From IMG/VR virus record IMGVR_UViG_3300024518_004461, positions 47,009-111,008 of that record: 64,000 nt of DNA; one strand, given 5' to 3'. This document shows, in pieces, positions 37,432 to 46,171 of the stretch (positions are counted from its first letter, which is position 1; each line of letters opens with the position of its first letter). The position numbers and the translations under genes are program-made. Origin of the DNA: a virus. A model generated the notes under the pieces. That model was not told the DNA's origin. It searched no databases and worked only from the letters and a program-made list of their open reading frames with translations.

Positions 37432-40062
37432 TTATAGATCGAAGTCAAGTTCTTCTTCATCACCTTCTTCTTCAGTTCCAAGATCTTCTTCTTCACTAGC
37501 TTCTGCATCAATTTCTTCCTCATCAGATTCTACTTTCTCTTCTTCATATTCATCAGTTGTCGGTTCAATAACTTCACCAAGTTCTTTTTCCCACTTATCA
37601 AAATAAAGTTTTAGATTCGTAATCAAATAATCTTGGAAAGTTTTTTGATCCTCGTCATCACTTAGGGTGTTGTATGATTCTAGGATTTGTTTTTCTATGG
37701 AGTCAAACGATTGCGCGGCCAGTTTTGCTCCGGTTGCGTTTGCTTCTTCATCTTGTTTTTCCTTGTCTTCTTCTTCATCATCGCTCTCGATACCTGGGTC
37801 AATATCAATAAATTTATCGTCATCTGTTATATCAATTTCAATTTCTTCATCAATCTCAATAAATTCTTCACTGGATGTTCCATCGGTACTCATTTCAGTG
37901 GCTTGACTATTTATGTTCGCGGTTTCTAAAGCAGTATTGACAGAAGAAACTAATTGAGAACGAAAAGCATCCCGCTGTTCTTGTTTTGTGGTCAATGATT
38001 TATAATCTTGCTCAACCCCAGGAAGGATACTTTTCAATAAGTCTTCCAGAAAATTAATAGCAGTGGATGCGTGTGGCACTCGGTCTGCTTCGTTTTCTAG
38101 AATAAGTTTTTGAATAACTCCTCGCAAAACGTCTTCTTCCACCTTTACTTTTTTATCTGCTTTGGCGATGATTTTGCGGATTGCTTCTCTTAGAATTGTC
38201 TCTTTCATAAAAGTATTCCTATCGATATAGTGTTCTTTAATTTTTTTAGTCATAATGCTCCAAGCCTTTTTCTTATCTTTAAGATTCTTTAAGGGTATAT
38301 ATTTAGCAAAAGATTTAAAATCGTTATTAGCGATAATCTCTCGCATTTCAGTTCCAGATATTCCACCACCAAACATAGGAGTGTTTATCATTTCTATAGA
38401 TAATCCCAAGTCTCTTTTGTCTGCGAAGCTTTGAGCACGATCAAAGCGTGTGTCTTTTTCGTCTTTCTCACCCTTGCCAAGAAAAACTGTCTCCTCATTG
38501 TTGAGAGTTTCTAGATAGTCATATACTGAAGCCACGGGTGTACCTTTATCAGATATCATTACTGACATTCTATCACCAATTCCATTAGCCTTTATATAAA
38601 GTTGCCACAACTTTAAAGATTGATCGGCGTTTACCTCTATTGTCTTCGTTTTATCTGTGGAATATCCCTCACGGGACTTAGGAGATATTATTACGATGAC
38701 TTCATCTGCTCCACTGTCCAATAAATGTTTCGCTCCCAAAAAATGACCAGCATGTGGTGGTTTGAAACCACCAGGATGAATACCTATCGTCCTTCCAGAT
38801 TCTTGTTCTAGCATAACTTCTTTTTGTAGGGCGGGAATCTTACCGCGACCATATTTGAATATTCCTAATATTTGATTTGCTGGCGCAAAGTTTCCTGTAA
38901 ACTTATAAGTCACCCCATCCCAATCAAATACAAATCCTTCGGTTGCTGTACTAATGTTTTCTGCTTTACCAATCTTTTCCAAATGCTTACGAACCACATC
39001 CATTACATCATCACGATTAGAACCATTGATTGCATCTATTGCGATTCCAACTTCACCAGCCAAACGCTTTACTTCGGAATCATTATCCAAAATAAATGCA
39101 CTCTCTAAGCCTCTCAACATTTCTACCGAGAAGTCATGAATTGTTTTCTCTAGTGGACCAATCACTTCTCCCATGATTTTCTTTCCACCTTTCACAAAGG
39201 AATTTATTTCTGCTTTTGCTTCTTTATCAAGTCCTTTGGTAATAGTAGTAACTTTAATTCCTTTTTCACCAGCGATTCTTCGTATCAACATATCTTTACG
39301 AGCATCATCGAGCATGGGAAACTTATTAGCGATTATAGGTGACAATCGTGCATTGACAAAATCACCAATAGTGCTTCCGTCTGACAGGCCAACACTAGAG
39401 ATTATTTTATTGATTCTCTGATCTGCTTTCTTTAAGGCTGCATCGTTCTCAAGGCTCTGTAGGTTCTTGATGGCGTTCATTTGTACCGTAAAGTCTTCAG
39501 CCGCTTCGGATTGCTGAACTCCTTCTAACGCATTTTGCAAAACAGCCACATTGTTGGATACATCAGTATCTTTTATATTTCCAGTTTCGCGATCAAATTC
39601 AGAATGACCTTTCTGATGAATAACTAAAGATCGAGTATCATAGTTGATAACATTTGGATTCGCCGGGTCCATAATTTCAGCATTATAAAAAATATTGGCG
39701 TCTTCTCCAAATATTTCTCTTTGTTCTTCGGGGGATAACTGGCTTATTACCTTTTCAAAGGCATCAAAAGAATCAACAAAGGCTTTTTCTAACGCACCCC
39801 GATCAGCAAACTTACTCGCAAGTTGCATAGCGTCCATTCCACCTGTTTTTATATTACCTTTGTTCCGGGCTGCTTTCGCTTTGCCATCTTTTACGGAATA
39901 AGAAATAAAAAGGTTTTGACCATCGGTCTTTTCTGTTCCTTTGAGTTCTCCGCTTGATGCGGTATCAAATATTTTTTTTATTTCACCAAAGGATAAATCT
40001 GGATTATCATATAGGTGATTGAGATGACCGTATAATCCACCCTCTAGTAATAGCGATGACAT
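37432..40062 (-). CDS. Large multidomain protein: ligase-like (KxDG) domain + HxGH cytidylyltransferase + acidic tail
   Basis: TEKTDGQN..EGFVF..YK, then PGGFKPPHAGH..ISGTEMR, then a Glu/Asp-rich C-terminus. Confidence 0.7.
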   Translation of the reverse strand: MSSLLLEGGLYGHLNHLYDNPDLSFGEIKKIFDTASSGELKGTEKTDGQNLFISYSVKDGKAKAARNKGNIKTGGMDAMQLASKFADRGALEKAFVDSFDAFEKVISQLSPEEQREIFGEDANIFYNAEIMDPANPNVINYDTRSLVIHQKGHSEFDRETGNIKDTDVSNNVAVLQNALEGVQQSEAAEDFTVQMNAIKNLQSLENDAALKKADQRINKIISSVGLSDGSTIGDFVNARLSPIIANKFPMLDDARKDMLIRRIAGEKGIKVTTITKGLDKEAKAEINSFVKGGKKIMGEVIGPLEKTIHDFSVEMLRGLESAFILDNDSEVKRLAGEVGIAIDAINGSNRDDVMDVVRKHLEKIGKAENISTATEGFVFDWDGVTYKFTGNFAPANQILGIFKYGRGKIPALQKEVMLEQESGRTIGIHPGGFKPPHAGHFLGAKHLLDSGADEVIVIISPKSREGYSTDKTKTIEVNADQSLKLWQLYIKANGIGDRMSVMISDKGTPVASVYDYLETLNNEETVFLGKGEKDEKDTRFDRAQSFADKRDLGLSIEMINTPMFGGGISGTEMREIIANNDFKSFAKYIPLKNLKDKKKAWSIMTKKIKEHYIDRNTFMKETILREAIRKIIAKADKKVKVEEDVLRGVIQKLILENEADRVPHASTAINFLEDLLKSILPGVEQDYKSLTTKQEQRDAFRSQLVSSVNTALETANINSQATEMSTDGTSSEEFIEIDEEIEIDITDDDKFIDIDPGIESDDEEEDKEKQDEEANATGAKLAAQSFDSIEKQILESYNTLSDDEDQKTFQDYLITNLKLYFDKWEKELGEVIEPTTDEYEEEKVESDEEEIDAEASEEEDLGTEEEGDEEELDFDL

Positions 40063-40064
40063 TT

Positions 40065-40325
40065 CTATTCCTTGGACGTGTCCTGTTCTTGTAGTAGTTG
40101 ATTTTCTTCTTGAAGAATTTGGTTTTCTCGCTGTAAGCGATTAGACGCTTTTCTAATTTCGTTCAATTGATGTTTCATAAGCTCAATGCGCTTACTCTCT
40201 CTCATAGATCTGGGTTTAATCATTCCCAGGCTTTCTTTAAGAGACTGAACCCATACGCTAATATCCGGCGTGACCCCTTCATTAAGTATAAACTCTTTCC
40301 ACCGATTGTTGAGATTATTAATCAT
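40065..40325 (-). CDS. Hypothetical coiled-coil protein
   Basis: 86-aa ORF with RWKEFILNE at the N-terminus. Confidence 0.65.
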   Translation of the reverse strand: MINNLNNRWKEFILNEGVTPDISVWVQSLKESLGMIKPRSMRESKRIELMKHQLNEIRKASNRLQRENQILQEENQLLQEQDTSKE

Positions 40326-41211
40326 TTTTTTTCGAATATCCCCAACGGTTCATCAAAGCTTCATGGGTTCTATGTCTTGCTTTTTCGCGAATGTCGTGAG
40401 TTTTTGGAAAGTAAGTTTCATATTGTTTATCTTTTTTGCCTTTTTCAAACTCATCGTCTTCTTCTTCTTCTTCACGCTCATCAGCTTTATCGCCACCACC
40501 GGGAGTTTTGGCTTCCCTTTCCTCGCTTTCCGAAACTCCCTGAAAAGGTTCGTCTTTTTCTTCATCAGGCTTATTAGAAGTTACGACGCCGCCCAGCGCA
40601 GAGGCGACAGCCGCTTCATCACCTTCTTCTCCACCTTCAACCCTTTCGCAAGGTGCGGGGTTGTCTTCTGAACAAGCCTCATTATCTTCTTTAACTGTGA
40701 TTAACATTTCTTTCACCAGTCCACGAATAACCTCGCGTAGTTTTGTTTCTTTGTCTTCCATTAGTTTTTCTCCCATAATTGAAGTATCAGTAAATAGTTT
40801 CGAACTATCATTACGTTTATAATTATCTTCCCAGTCACGAAAGATTAAATTGCCTGTTTCATAGGCTTCTCGTTCCATTTCCCGCAAGTGACCATCTTCT
40901 TGCGCGTATCCTTCTACGGTTGCCAAGCCTTCATTGAAGTCTCCGCGACAATTTTGGGAATGATGAACCAATTCATGAGACAATGATCGCATAATATCTT
41001 TAACATGCCTACCCTGTGTATACAACCCAATTTTATGACTTGCCGGATCATAATAAGCTGTTTTGCCAAGAGGATTGTTAGAATTTTCTTCGTTTGTTAG
41101 AATAACAATTTTGGCATCAGGATTAAATCCCAATGTGTCTTTAGAAGCTTCGTATAAACTCTTTATTAAAGGTTGTACTGCCGAAAGCCGGTCGAATTCA
41201 TTCTTCATCAC
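40318..41211 (-). CDS. Zincin-like metallopeptidase domain + acidic C-terminal region
   Basis: GKTAYY, SHELVH and EREAY motifs. Confidence 0.7.
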   Translation of the reverse strand: MMKNEFDRLSAVQPLIKSLYEASKDTLGFNPDAKIVILTNEENSNNPLGKTAYYDPASHKIGLYTQGRHVKDIMRSLSHELVHHSQNCRGDFNEGLATVEGYAQEDGHLREMEREAYETGNLIFRDWEDNYKRNDSSKLFTDTSIMGEKLMEDKETKLREVIRGLVKEMLITVKEDNEACSEDNPAPCERVEGGEEGDEAAVASALGGVVTSNKPDEEKDEPFQGVSESEEREAKTPGGGDKADEREEEEEDDEFEKGKKDKQYETYFPKTHDIREKARHRTHEALMNRWGYSKKND

Positions 41212-41213
41212 TA

Positions 41214-41221
41214 TAAATAGT
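41214..41221 (-). promoter_or_regulatory. Putative late promoter ACTATTTA
   Basis: The same motif occurs at 40791, 43857, 44213 and 45247, each just upstream of a start codon. Confidence 0.6.
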
Positions 41222-41557
41222 TCAGTAAAGAAGGAAAATCATATATCCCCACCACATCATCAACAATCCATAAACAAAAGTAAGAAAATACAGGATAAAA
41301 GGAATTATTTTGGTCTTATTGTTTTTGTAAAGGGCCCAAACACAAAAATTTACAACAACGAGTTTATAAAAAATGAAAAGGTAGTGGTTGCTTTGCAATA
41401 GCGAATCCATTAAGGGGTTGGCTTCGCATAGAGCACCAAATTTTATGTATTTTAGCGTAAAAAATGCGTCAATGGCGTTGAAGACTGTGAGAAGCATCAA
41501 CGCAATTGGCAATCGCATTTTTTTGGAAATTAGCACTATAATTTTATGATGATACAA
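41222..41557 (-). CDS. DUF5658-like membrane protein
   Basis: NAIDAFFT..EANPLM..FYK motif and three hydrophobic segments. Confidence 0.7.
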   Translation of the reverse strand: MYHHKIIVLISKKMRLPIALMLLTVFNAIDAFFTLKYIKFGALCEANPLMDSLLQSNHYLFIFYKLVVVNFCVWALYKNNKTKIIPFILYFLTFVYGLLMMWWGYMIFLLY

Positions 41558-41754
41558 CCATCCACTTCATTTTCAGGGAGGTCATCTTTCTCGATGGGTC
41601 TTAAAGGTGGTTCGGGCAAAGGAGCATACAAACGTTCGCGATGATCTTCAAGACTTTTTTTGCGCTTGCGCTCCTCCTCGATTAAAACTTCGATTGGAAC
41701 GTCTTCCCAAGGTTTTTTTCTATTACCCACATTTGTAACTATATCCCAAAACAT
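41536..41754 (-). CDS. Hypothetical protein
   Basis: 72-aa ORF. Confidence 0.55.
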   Translation of the reverse strand: MFWDIVTNVGNRKKPWEDVPIEVLIEEERKRKKSLEDHRERLYAPLPEPPLRPIEKDDLPENEVDGCIIIKL

Positions 41755-41769
41755 ACAACCACCCTTTTT

Positions 41770-42003
41770 TTATGATTCTTTTTGTATTTCCGATAACATA
41801 AAGTTCTCGGTTGAACCATCTGTTTTACGAATGCGAGCAAATACAAAACAACGATTTGCCCTCATCTTTTCATTATAAATTTTTATTATATAACCATATT
41901 CTTTGGTATTCCCTAGGTGAGCCCACGAAACTAAATCACCAACCTTAAAAATATCTAAATATCGGCTACCAAAGGCATCGCCATCTTCTACTTGTTTGCC
42001 CAT
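41770..42003 (-). CDS. SH3/KOW-like microprotein (dispersed family member)
   Basis: FKVGDLV..GYI motif. Confidence 0.6.
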   Translation of the reverse strand: MGKQVEDGDAFGSRYLDIFKVGDLVSWAHLGNTKEYGYIIKIYNEKMRANRCFVFARIRKTDGSTENFMLSEIQKES

Positions 42004-42449
42004 TGAATATAGGTATAAACACACTTGGCTGTTAAGTCATTATACCTCTCCTCACTATAATATAATGATAAGCGATCTGCTAGTTTCTTTCCTCGTCGCC
42101 ATGCTTCGAGTTCTTCCGATATGCAATCCACTTTATATTTGGGGCTACGCGCTAATTGTTTATTAGTGGTGGCATAAGCATACATCCTTGCTGTGGCTGG
42201 ATATGCTTTCTCGTAGTTTTCCCAGTTTGATTGAATAAGCAAGTGACCACATTCATGTAATAAAGAATAAAATTGTTTTTCTATTCCTTGGCGTGTGCTT
42301 ATGTTTATAAGCTTGCTAGATGGTAACATTTCGTCTTGATTAAGATAATCTAGATCAAGTGTCCACCCTTTTTTAATAAGCCACAACGTAAGCTCGCCCA
42401 TTCCGGCTTCAAATAGTTTCTTTTCTAGTTCCTTGTCTAATATAGTCAT
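41988..42449 (-). CDS. Zincin-like metallopeptidase
   Basis: LHECGH and EELEAW motifs, a GGAGG SD, and promoter TTGACC-17-CATAAT at 42475-42503. Confidence 0.7.
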   Translation of the reverse strand: MTILDKELEKKLFEAGMGELTLWLIKKGWTLDLDYLNQDEMLPSSKLINISTRQGIEKQFYSLLHECGHLLIQSNWENYEKAYPATARMYAYATTNKQLARSPKYKVDCISEELEAWRRGKKLADRLSLYYSEERYNDLTAKCVYTYIQWANK

Positions 42450-42548
42450 CACCCCTCCTAATTTGGGTAATACTATTATGACAGAGAATCCCCTTGAGGT
42501 CAAGGATAATCATTTATTAGGAATTTTTAGTTTATTAAGATTAATAAA

Positions 42549-42833
42549 TTAGGAGCAAATAGTCATAATAATACTATGACCGCTAATGTTTCCTGAATTG
42601 TTGGGAGTTGTATCCATTATCCCTGGCGTGGGATTCAGGACTAAGCCAGAATAATAACACCAGAATTCATTGGTGTCGTCATATACTCGTTGATAATAAG
42701 TGTTCTCGCAGCCACCACCAGATTGTAATTCAGCAGCACCACCGGATGGTGGTTGTCCCGAATAAACCCATTTTACTCCTTCTTCGATTCCTACAAAGCT
42801 TGAATCTATCGTGATTACATCAACTGCGGACAT
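42549..42833 (-). CDS. Hypothetical (putative virion) protein
   Basis: Ser/Gly/Thr-rich ORF in the putative late operon. Confidence 0.6.
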   Translation of the reverse strand: MSAVDVITIDSSFVGIEEGVKWVYSGQPPSGGAAELQSGGGCENTYYQRVYDDTNEFWCYYSGLVLNPTPGIMDTTPNNSGNISGHSIIMTICS

Positions 42834-42849
42834 TTTTATTCACCATATT

Positions 42850-43833
42850 TTATAGGCTCGGTACTACATCAGCAGGTACCCAAAGGCAAGTTATACATGC
42901 AAGTTGAATTGTGCCCGTTGAGGGCTCGACAGTGCCTCCAAGGGTGTTGAGGTTAGAATAGTTTGCCAGGTATATATCTACCAATCTCCCTCGGATTGCC
43001 CTCTTGGATGCTTCATTTCCACAAACCCATATTGGAGCTGCGATGAATTTTCCATTAATATCACTACCATTGGAGTCGCCTCCCGTCGCATTAAACATAA
43101 AATTGTTTTCCATCGAATATGCATTGTTTTGGGTAGTTGTATTCCCATCAATCCAAAATCCCTTAGAATTCGCGTTGGTTTGCATATTACCAATACCAAA
43201 CGCATTATATGTTTGACTAGGTTGCGACCAAGAATTTCCACTTGTACGAAGATATTGAAATAGAGGATAATTATCGGACGCATCGTGATCGGCTAGTTTG
43301 CTTATAATGAGGCCCCAACCGGCGCGGGCGGTGCTGTCATTGCTGTTATAAAAGATCACATCCCCAGTGGTGTTATAAGAAAAATGATATTTAACATTGG
43401 TTAAACCAGGCGGTACAAAGCCATCGGTTGTCGTCATGGTGTTTTTATTTCCACCGGCTGCGCCGATGGTGCTTGTTGTGCCTCCTGTCCAATCTCCCGT
43501 AGACGTGTAAAAGGTACAATTTTCATCGGCGGCGGCATTCCATTCAATCGCAAAATATACTTGATTTCCAGTGGATGGATAATCAGTAGGGCTTTCTAGA
43601 ACAATCCAACTATGAACTACGGCACCAGCACCATAAACCACATCGGTGTATACAGACCAGAGATCGCTTGCTGCTGTAGTTAGTCCATTACTGCTTTGAG
43701 TAACTGTCCATCCTGCGGAAACAAAAGCGTTTTTCATAGCCAACAAAATATTACCCACTTGCTTTTCAGTAGTAGTTTGATCTGCCGGAACATTATTTTG
43801 TGAGTTGGTCCAAGTTCTTTCAAGTGTTGGCAT
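42850..43833 (-). CDS. Putative virion structural/tail-associated protein
   Basis: Thr/Gly/Asn-rich beta-type composition, AGWTV and IRGRL motifs, and an ACTATTTA motif upstream. Confidence 0.6.
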   Translation of the reverse strand: MPTLERTWTNSQNNVPADQTTTEKQVGNILLAMKNAFVSAGWTVTQSSNGLTTAASDLWSVYTDVVYGAGAVVHSWIVLESPTDYPSTGNQVYFAIEWNAAADENCTFYTSTGDWTGGTTSTIGAAGGNKNTMTTTDGFVPPGLTNVKYHFSYNTTGDVIFYNSNDSTARAGWGLIISKLADHDASDNYPLFQYLRTSGNSWSQPSQTYNAFGIGNMQTNANSKGFWIDGNTTTQNNAYSMENNFMFNATGGDSNGSDINGKFIAAPIWVCGNEASKRAIRGRLVDIYLANYSNLNTLGGTVEPSTGTIQLACITCLWVPADVVPSL

Positions 43834-43856
43834 TCTTTATTCTTCTCCTGTGCTGG

Positions 43857-43864
43857 TAAATAGT
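43857..43864 (-). promoter_or_regulatory. Putative late promoter ACTATTTA
   Basis: Intergenic, upstream of a GGAG SD. Confidence 0.6.
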
Positions 43865-43868
43865 TTCA

Positions 43869-44201
43869 TTAACTCAATACCACGCGAATTCCCTTAACTA
43901 AAGATATAGTTCCCGCTGTCGAGCCGGATAAATAAAATTCATACCAATCATTAGCCGGGATCGCTACCGCAGAACCAGAAACATCCTGTAAGCTTCCGGT
44001 AGCTTCCAAAGCAGTAACACTACTCCCACCAGTAAATCTTTTTACCTCTAGGGATGCTGTGGTGAAAGTTGCAGTTCCCATCATCGCACGGAAAGAAAAA
44101 TTAGTATTTGAACCAGATAGAATTCTGGCTGATCCGACCAATGTAGAGGTGGTTCCTGATACTTCAGTATTAGTAATTAAGTCTATTGAACATGCTGCCA
44201 T
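43869..44201 (-). CDS. Putative virion protein
   Basis: Paralogous to the C-terminus of the 44222-44836 protein (VKRFT..DWYEFYLSG vs IRRFT..DWYDIYVSG). Confidence 0.65.
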   Translation of the reverse strand: MAACSIDLITNTEVSGTTSTLVGSARILSGSNTNFSFRAMMGTATFTTASLEVKRFTGGSSVTALEATGSLQDVSGSAVAIPANDWYEFYLSGSTAGTISLVKGIRVVLS

Positions 44202-44212
44202 AATTGTACCTC

Positions 44213-44220
44213 TAAATAGT
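44213..44220 (-). promoter_or_regulatory. Putative late promoter ACTATTTA
   Basis: Intergenic, 11 nt before the ATG. Confidence 0.6.
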
Positions 44221-44221
44221 T

Positions 44222-44836
44222 TTAGATTTTGTATTCCACAAAAATTCCTTCTAGGCTAGATGTGGTGGAGCCATATGCGCCCGAAACATAGATATCATAC
44301 CAATCAGTATCGGTAACGCTTACCAAAGAATTATAAGTGTAGCTACATTTGGCGGCACTAGCATTAAAGGAGGTTAGTAGGGAATTATCAGTAAATCGTC
44401 TAATTTCTGCTATAGTATAAAGTGGAATCTGAGTAGTACATGCCTCAAACCCTATTTCGTTTAAAGTTCCGCTTGTTAGATAAATTGAGCCAACATGAGT
44501 GCTACTCGTTCCTACGACTTCTGCATCCACAATTTCCGTATACCATTCTGTTCCGTAAGTAACCGGCGTATAGACTGGACTGTCTTGAGTTATCAAGAGC
44601 ATTTTGACTGTATCGTCAGGTACGCCGCAATCCCCGCGATCCCAGGCGGGCATTGAACTTCCTGGGAAAGATGAATAGGGCTGGCAGGTTCCTCGTAAGT
44701 TTTGAAGACCTCGATGACCAAACCCGAAAGGCGCGACTACCGCACCACCCGTAAGAGTTCTTTGTTGAATGGAACTCGATAAGTCTGTTATTATATAGCC
44801 GTCTTTAATTCCCATTAAATAAAATCCTATGGACAA
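44222..44836 (-). CDS. Putative virion protein
   Basis: Ser/Thr-rich; shares a domain with the 43869-44201 protein. Confidence 0.65.
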   Translation of the reverse strand: MSIGFYLMGIKDGYIITDLSSSIQQRTLTGGAVVAPFGFGHRGLQNLRGTCQPYSSFPGSSMPAWDRGDCGVPDDTVKMLLITQDSPVYTPVTYGTEWYTEIVDAEVVGTSSTHVGSIYLTSGTLNEIGFEACTTQIPLYTIAEIRRFTDNSLLTSFNASAAKCSYTYNSLVSVTDTDWYDIYVSGAYGSTTSSLEGIFVEYKI

Positions 44837-45231
44837 TTAGCAAAGGCAAATATACCACTAGCATTCCATTCGGTATGAATATCGTTTCCAACACATGGAA
44901 GATCTATCGCACCATTTGAATCGGTATCAAAGTAAGCGATGAGTTGATCCGTAGTGTCGTGATACACTACTATGTATTTAGCGTTTGATCCATGTGTAAC
45001 ATTCGGAAATTCATAATTGTCTGCGTTGAAAACGCCTGATGTGATTGTGTTATTGGACAAAATGCCTGTTTGTATTTGATGCGCGGCACAATATGCGCTA
45101 TAGTGATCTTGAACCGTTAAATTGACTGTATATCCCGAATCAAGGAGCGCAACATTGATTTGATCTGTGTCTAGATCAAGTTGTTTGTTCATCAGTGCTG
45201 ATAAGAATGTTGTATAAAGACCGTTTGCCAT
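44827..45231 (-). CDS. Conserved phage virion (tail-associated) protein
   Basis: MAN.LY..DLDTD.I.VALL..FNAD..LIAYFD..WNASGIF pattern, common in phage tail regions. Confidence 0.7.
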   Translation of the reverse strand: MANGLYTTFLSALMNKQLDLDTDQINVALLDSGYTVNLTVQDHYSAYCAAHQIQTGILSNNTITSGVFNADNYEFPNVTHGSNAKYIVVYHDTTDQLIAYFDTDSNGAIDLPCVGNDIHTEWNASGIFAFANCP

Positions 45232-45246
45232 TTGCTTCCCTCAACC

Positions 45247-45254
45247 TAAATAGT
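45247..45254 (-). promoter_or_regulatory. Putative late promoter ACTATTTA
   Basis: Overlaps the loop of the CCTCAAC/GTTGAGG hairpin upstream of 45231. Confidence 0.55.
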
Positions 45255-45265
45255 TGAGGAAAATG

Positions 45266-45574
45266 TTATTTGACATTTCTAAATGCACAATGTATTCCGC
45301 GAAAAGCTTTGCGATCAATCTTTAATTGAACTCCTTGTGCATCTAAGAAGCTATAATCTAAAATTGCGTCTCCACAACGCTCAATGATCTTTGCTGCGTC
45401 CGCTTTTGTGCTATAAACCCACACAAATCCCTCTTTTTTATCGGCATTTGCATCAATAACGTGCGATTCACCTTCGGGCCCGCCGCCTTTGCCCTTATAG
45501 TAGTTGGCAATCTCTTGTAGTGTTGGTTTCTCATTTATTAAGGTTCCCCACGCTTGCTTTTTATCTTTTGACAT
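45266..45574 (-). CDS. Hypothetical protein
   Basis: 102-aa ORF with GGAG SD. Confidence 0.7.
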   Translation of the reverse strand: MSKDKKQAWGTLINEKPTLQEIANYYKGKGGGPEGESHVIDANADKKEGFVWVYSTKADAAKIIERCGDAILDYSFLDAQGVQLKIDRKAFRGIHCAFRNVK

Positions 45575-45583
45575 AATTTTCTC

Positions 45584-46159
45584 CTAAAATTTCGTAATTA
45601 ATGACTCTAAAGCATAAGCTGTGGCGACAGCATCACCTAAAGCCGTGTGACGGTCTTTTTCTTCGATTTCAACACCCGCTGCTTTGAATAAAACATCACC
45701 GGAGGCCCTATATCCTTCCACTTTGCCCGAAAGCATCAAAAATTCCAAAATAGAGCAAGTATCCATCGCTCTATCACGAAAATCGTTTTTATATTCCTTT
45801 TCTAGACCTGCATGACGATAAAGTCTCTTTGTAAACGCAATATCGAAAGCAACATTGTGACCGACAAGCTGAATTGCTTTCCTGTCTTTACCAAGACGCT
45901 CATTTAACGCATTCTGGATCTTCTTTACAACGATATATGGCTCATCAGCCAAATGCACTTCATTCATATCAATTTTATTGACTTTTAGTGCGGCTTCTTC
46001 AACATTTATAAAGTGTTCTTTGACATATAGGTCAAAAACCGGCTCAACTGTCTTTCCGGGTTCCCATAAAACACCCGCAATACTCAAAATACTATTTTTT
46101 TCTGGATCAAGCCCACCCGTTTCGGTATCTATCACCAAATATTTTTTATTTTTCATCAT
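45584..46159 (-). CDS. DEDDh 3'-5' exonuclease (DnaQ-like)
   Basis: IDTETGG, GHNVAFD and HTALGDA motifs. Confidence 0.9.
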   Translation of the reverse strand: MMKNKKYLVIDTETGGLDPEKNSILSIAGVLWEPGKTVEPVFDLYVKEHFINVEEAALKVNKIDMNEVHLADEPYIVVKKIQNALNERLGKDRKAIQLVGHNVAFDIAFTKRLYRHAGLEKEYKNDFRDRAMDTCSILEFLMLSGKVEGYRASGDVLFKAAGVEIEEKDRHTALGDAVATAYALESLITKF

Positions 46160-46171
46160 ATTACTATAATA

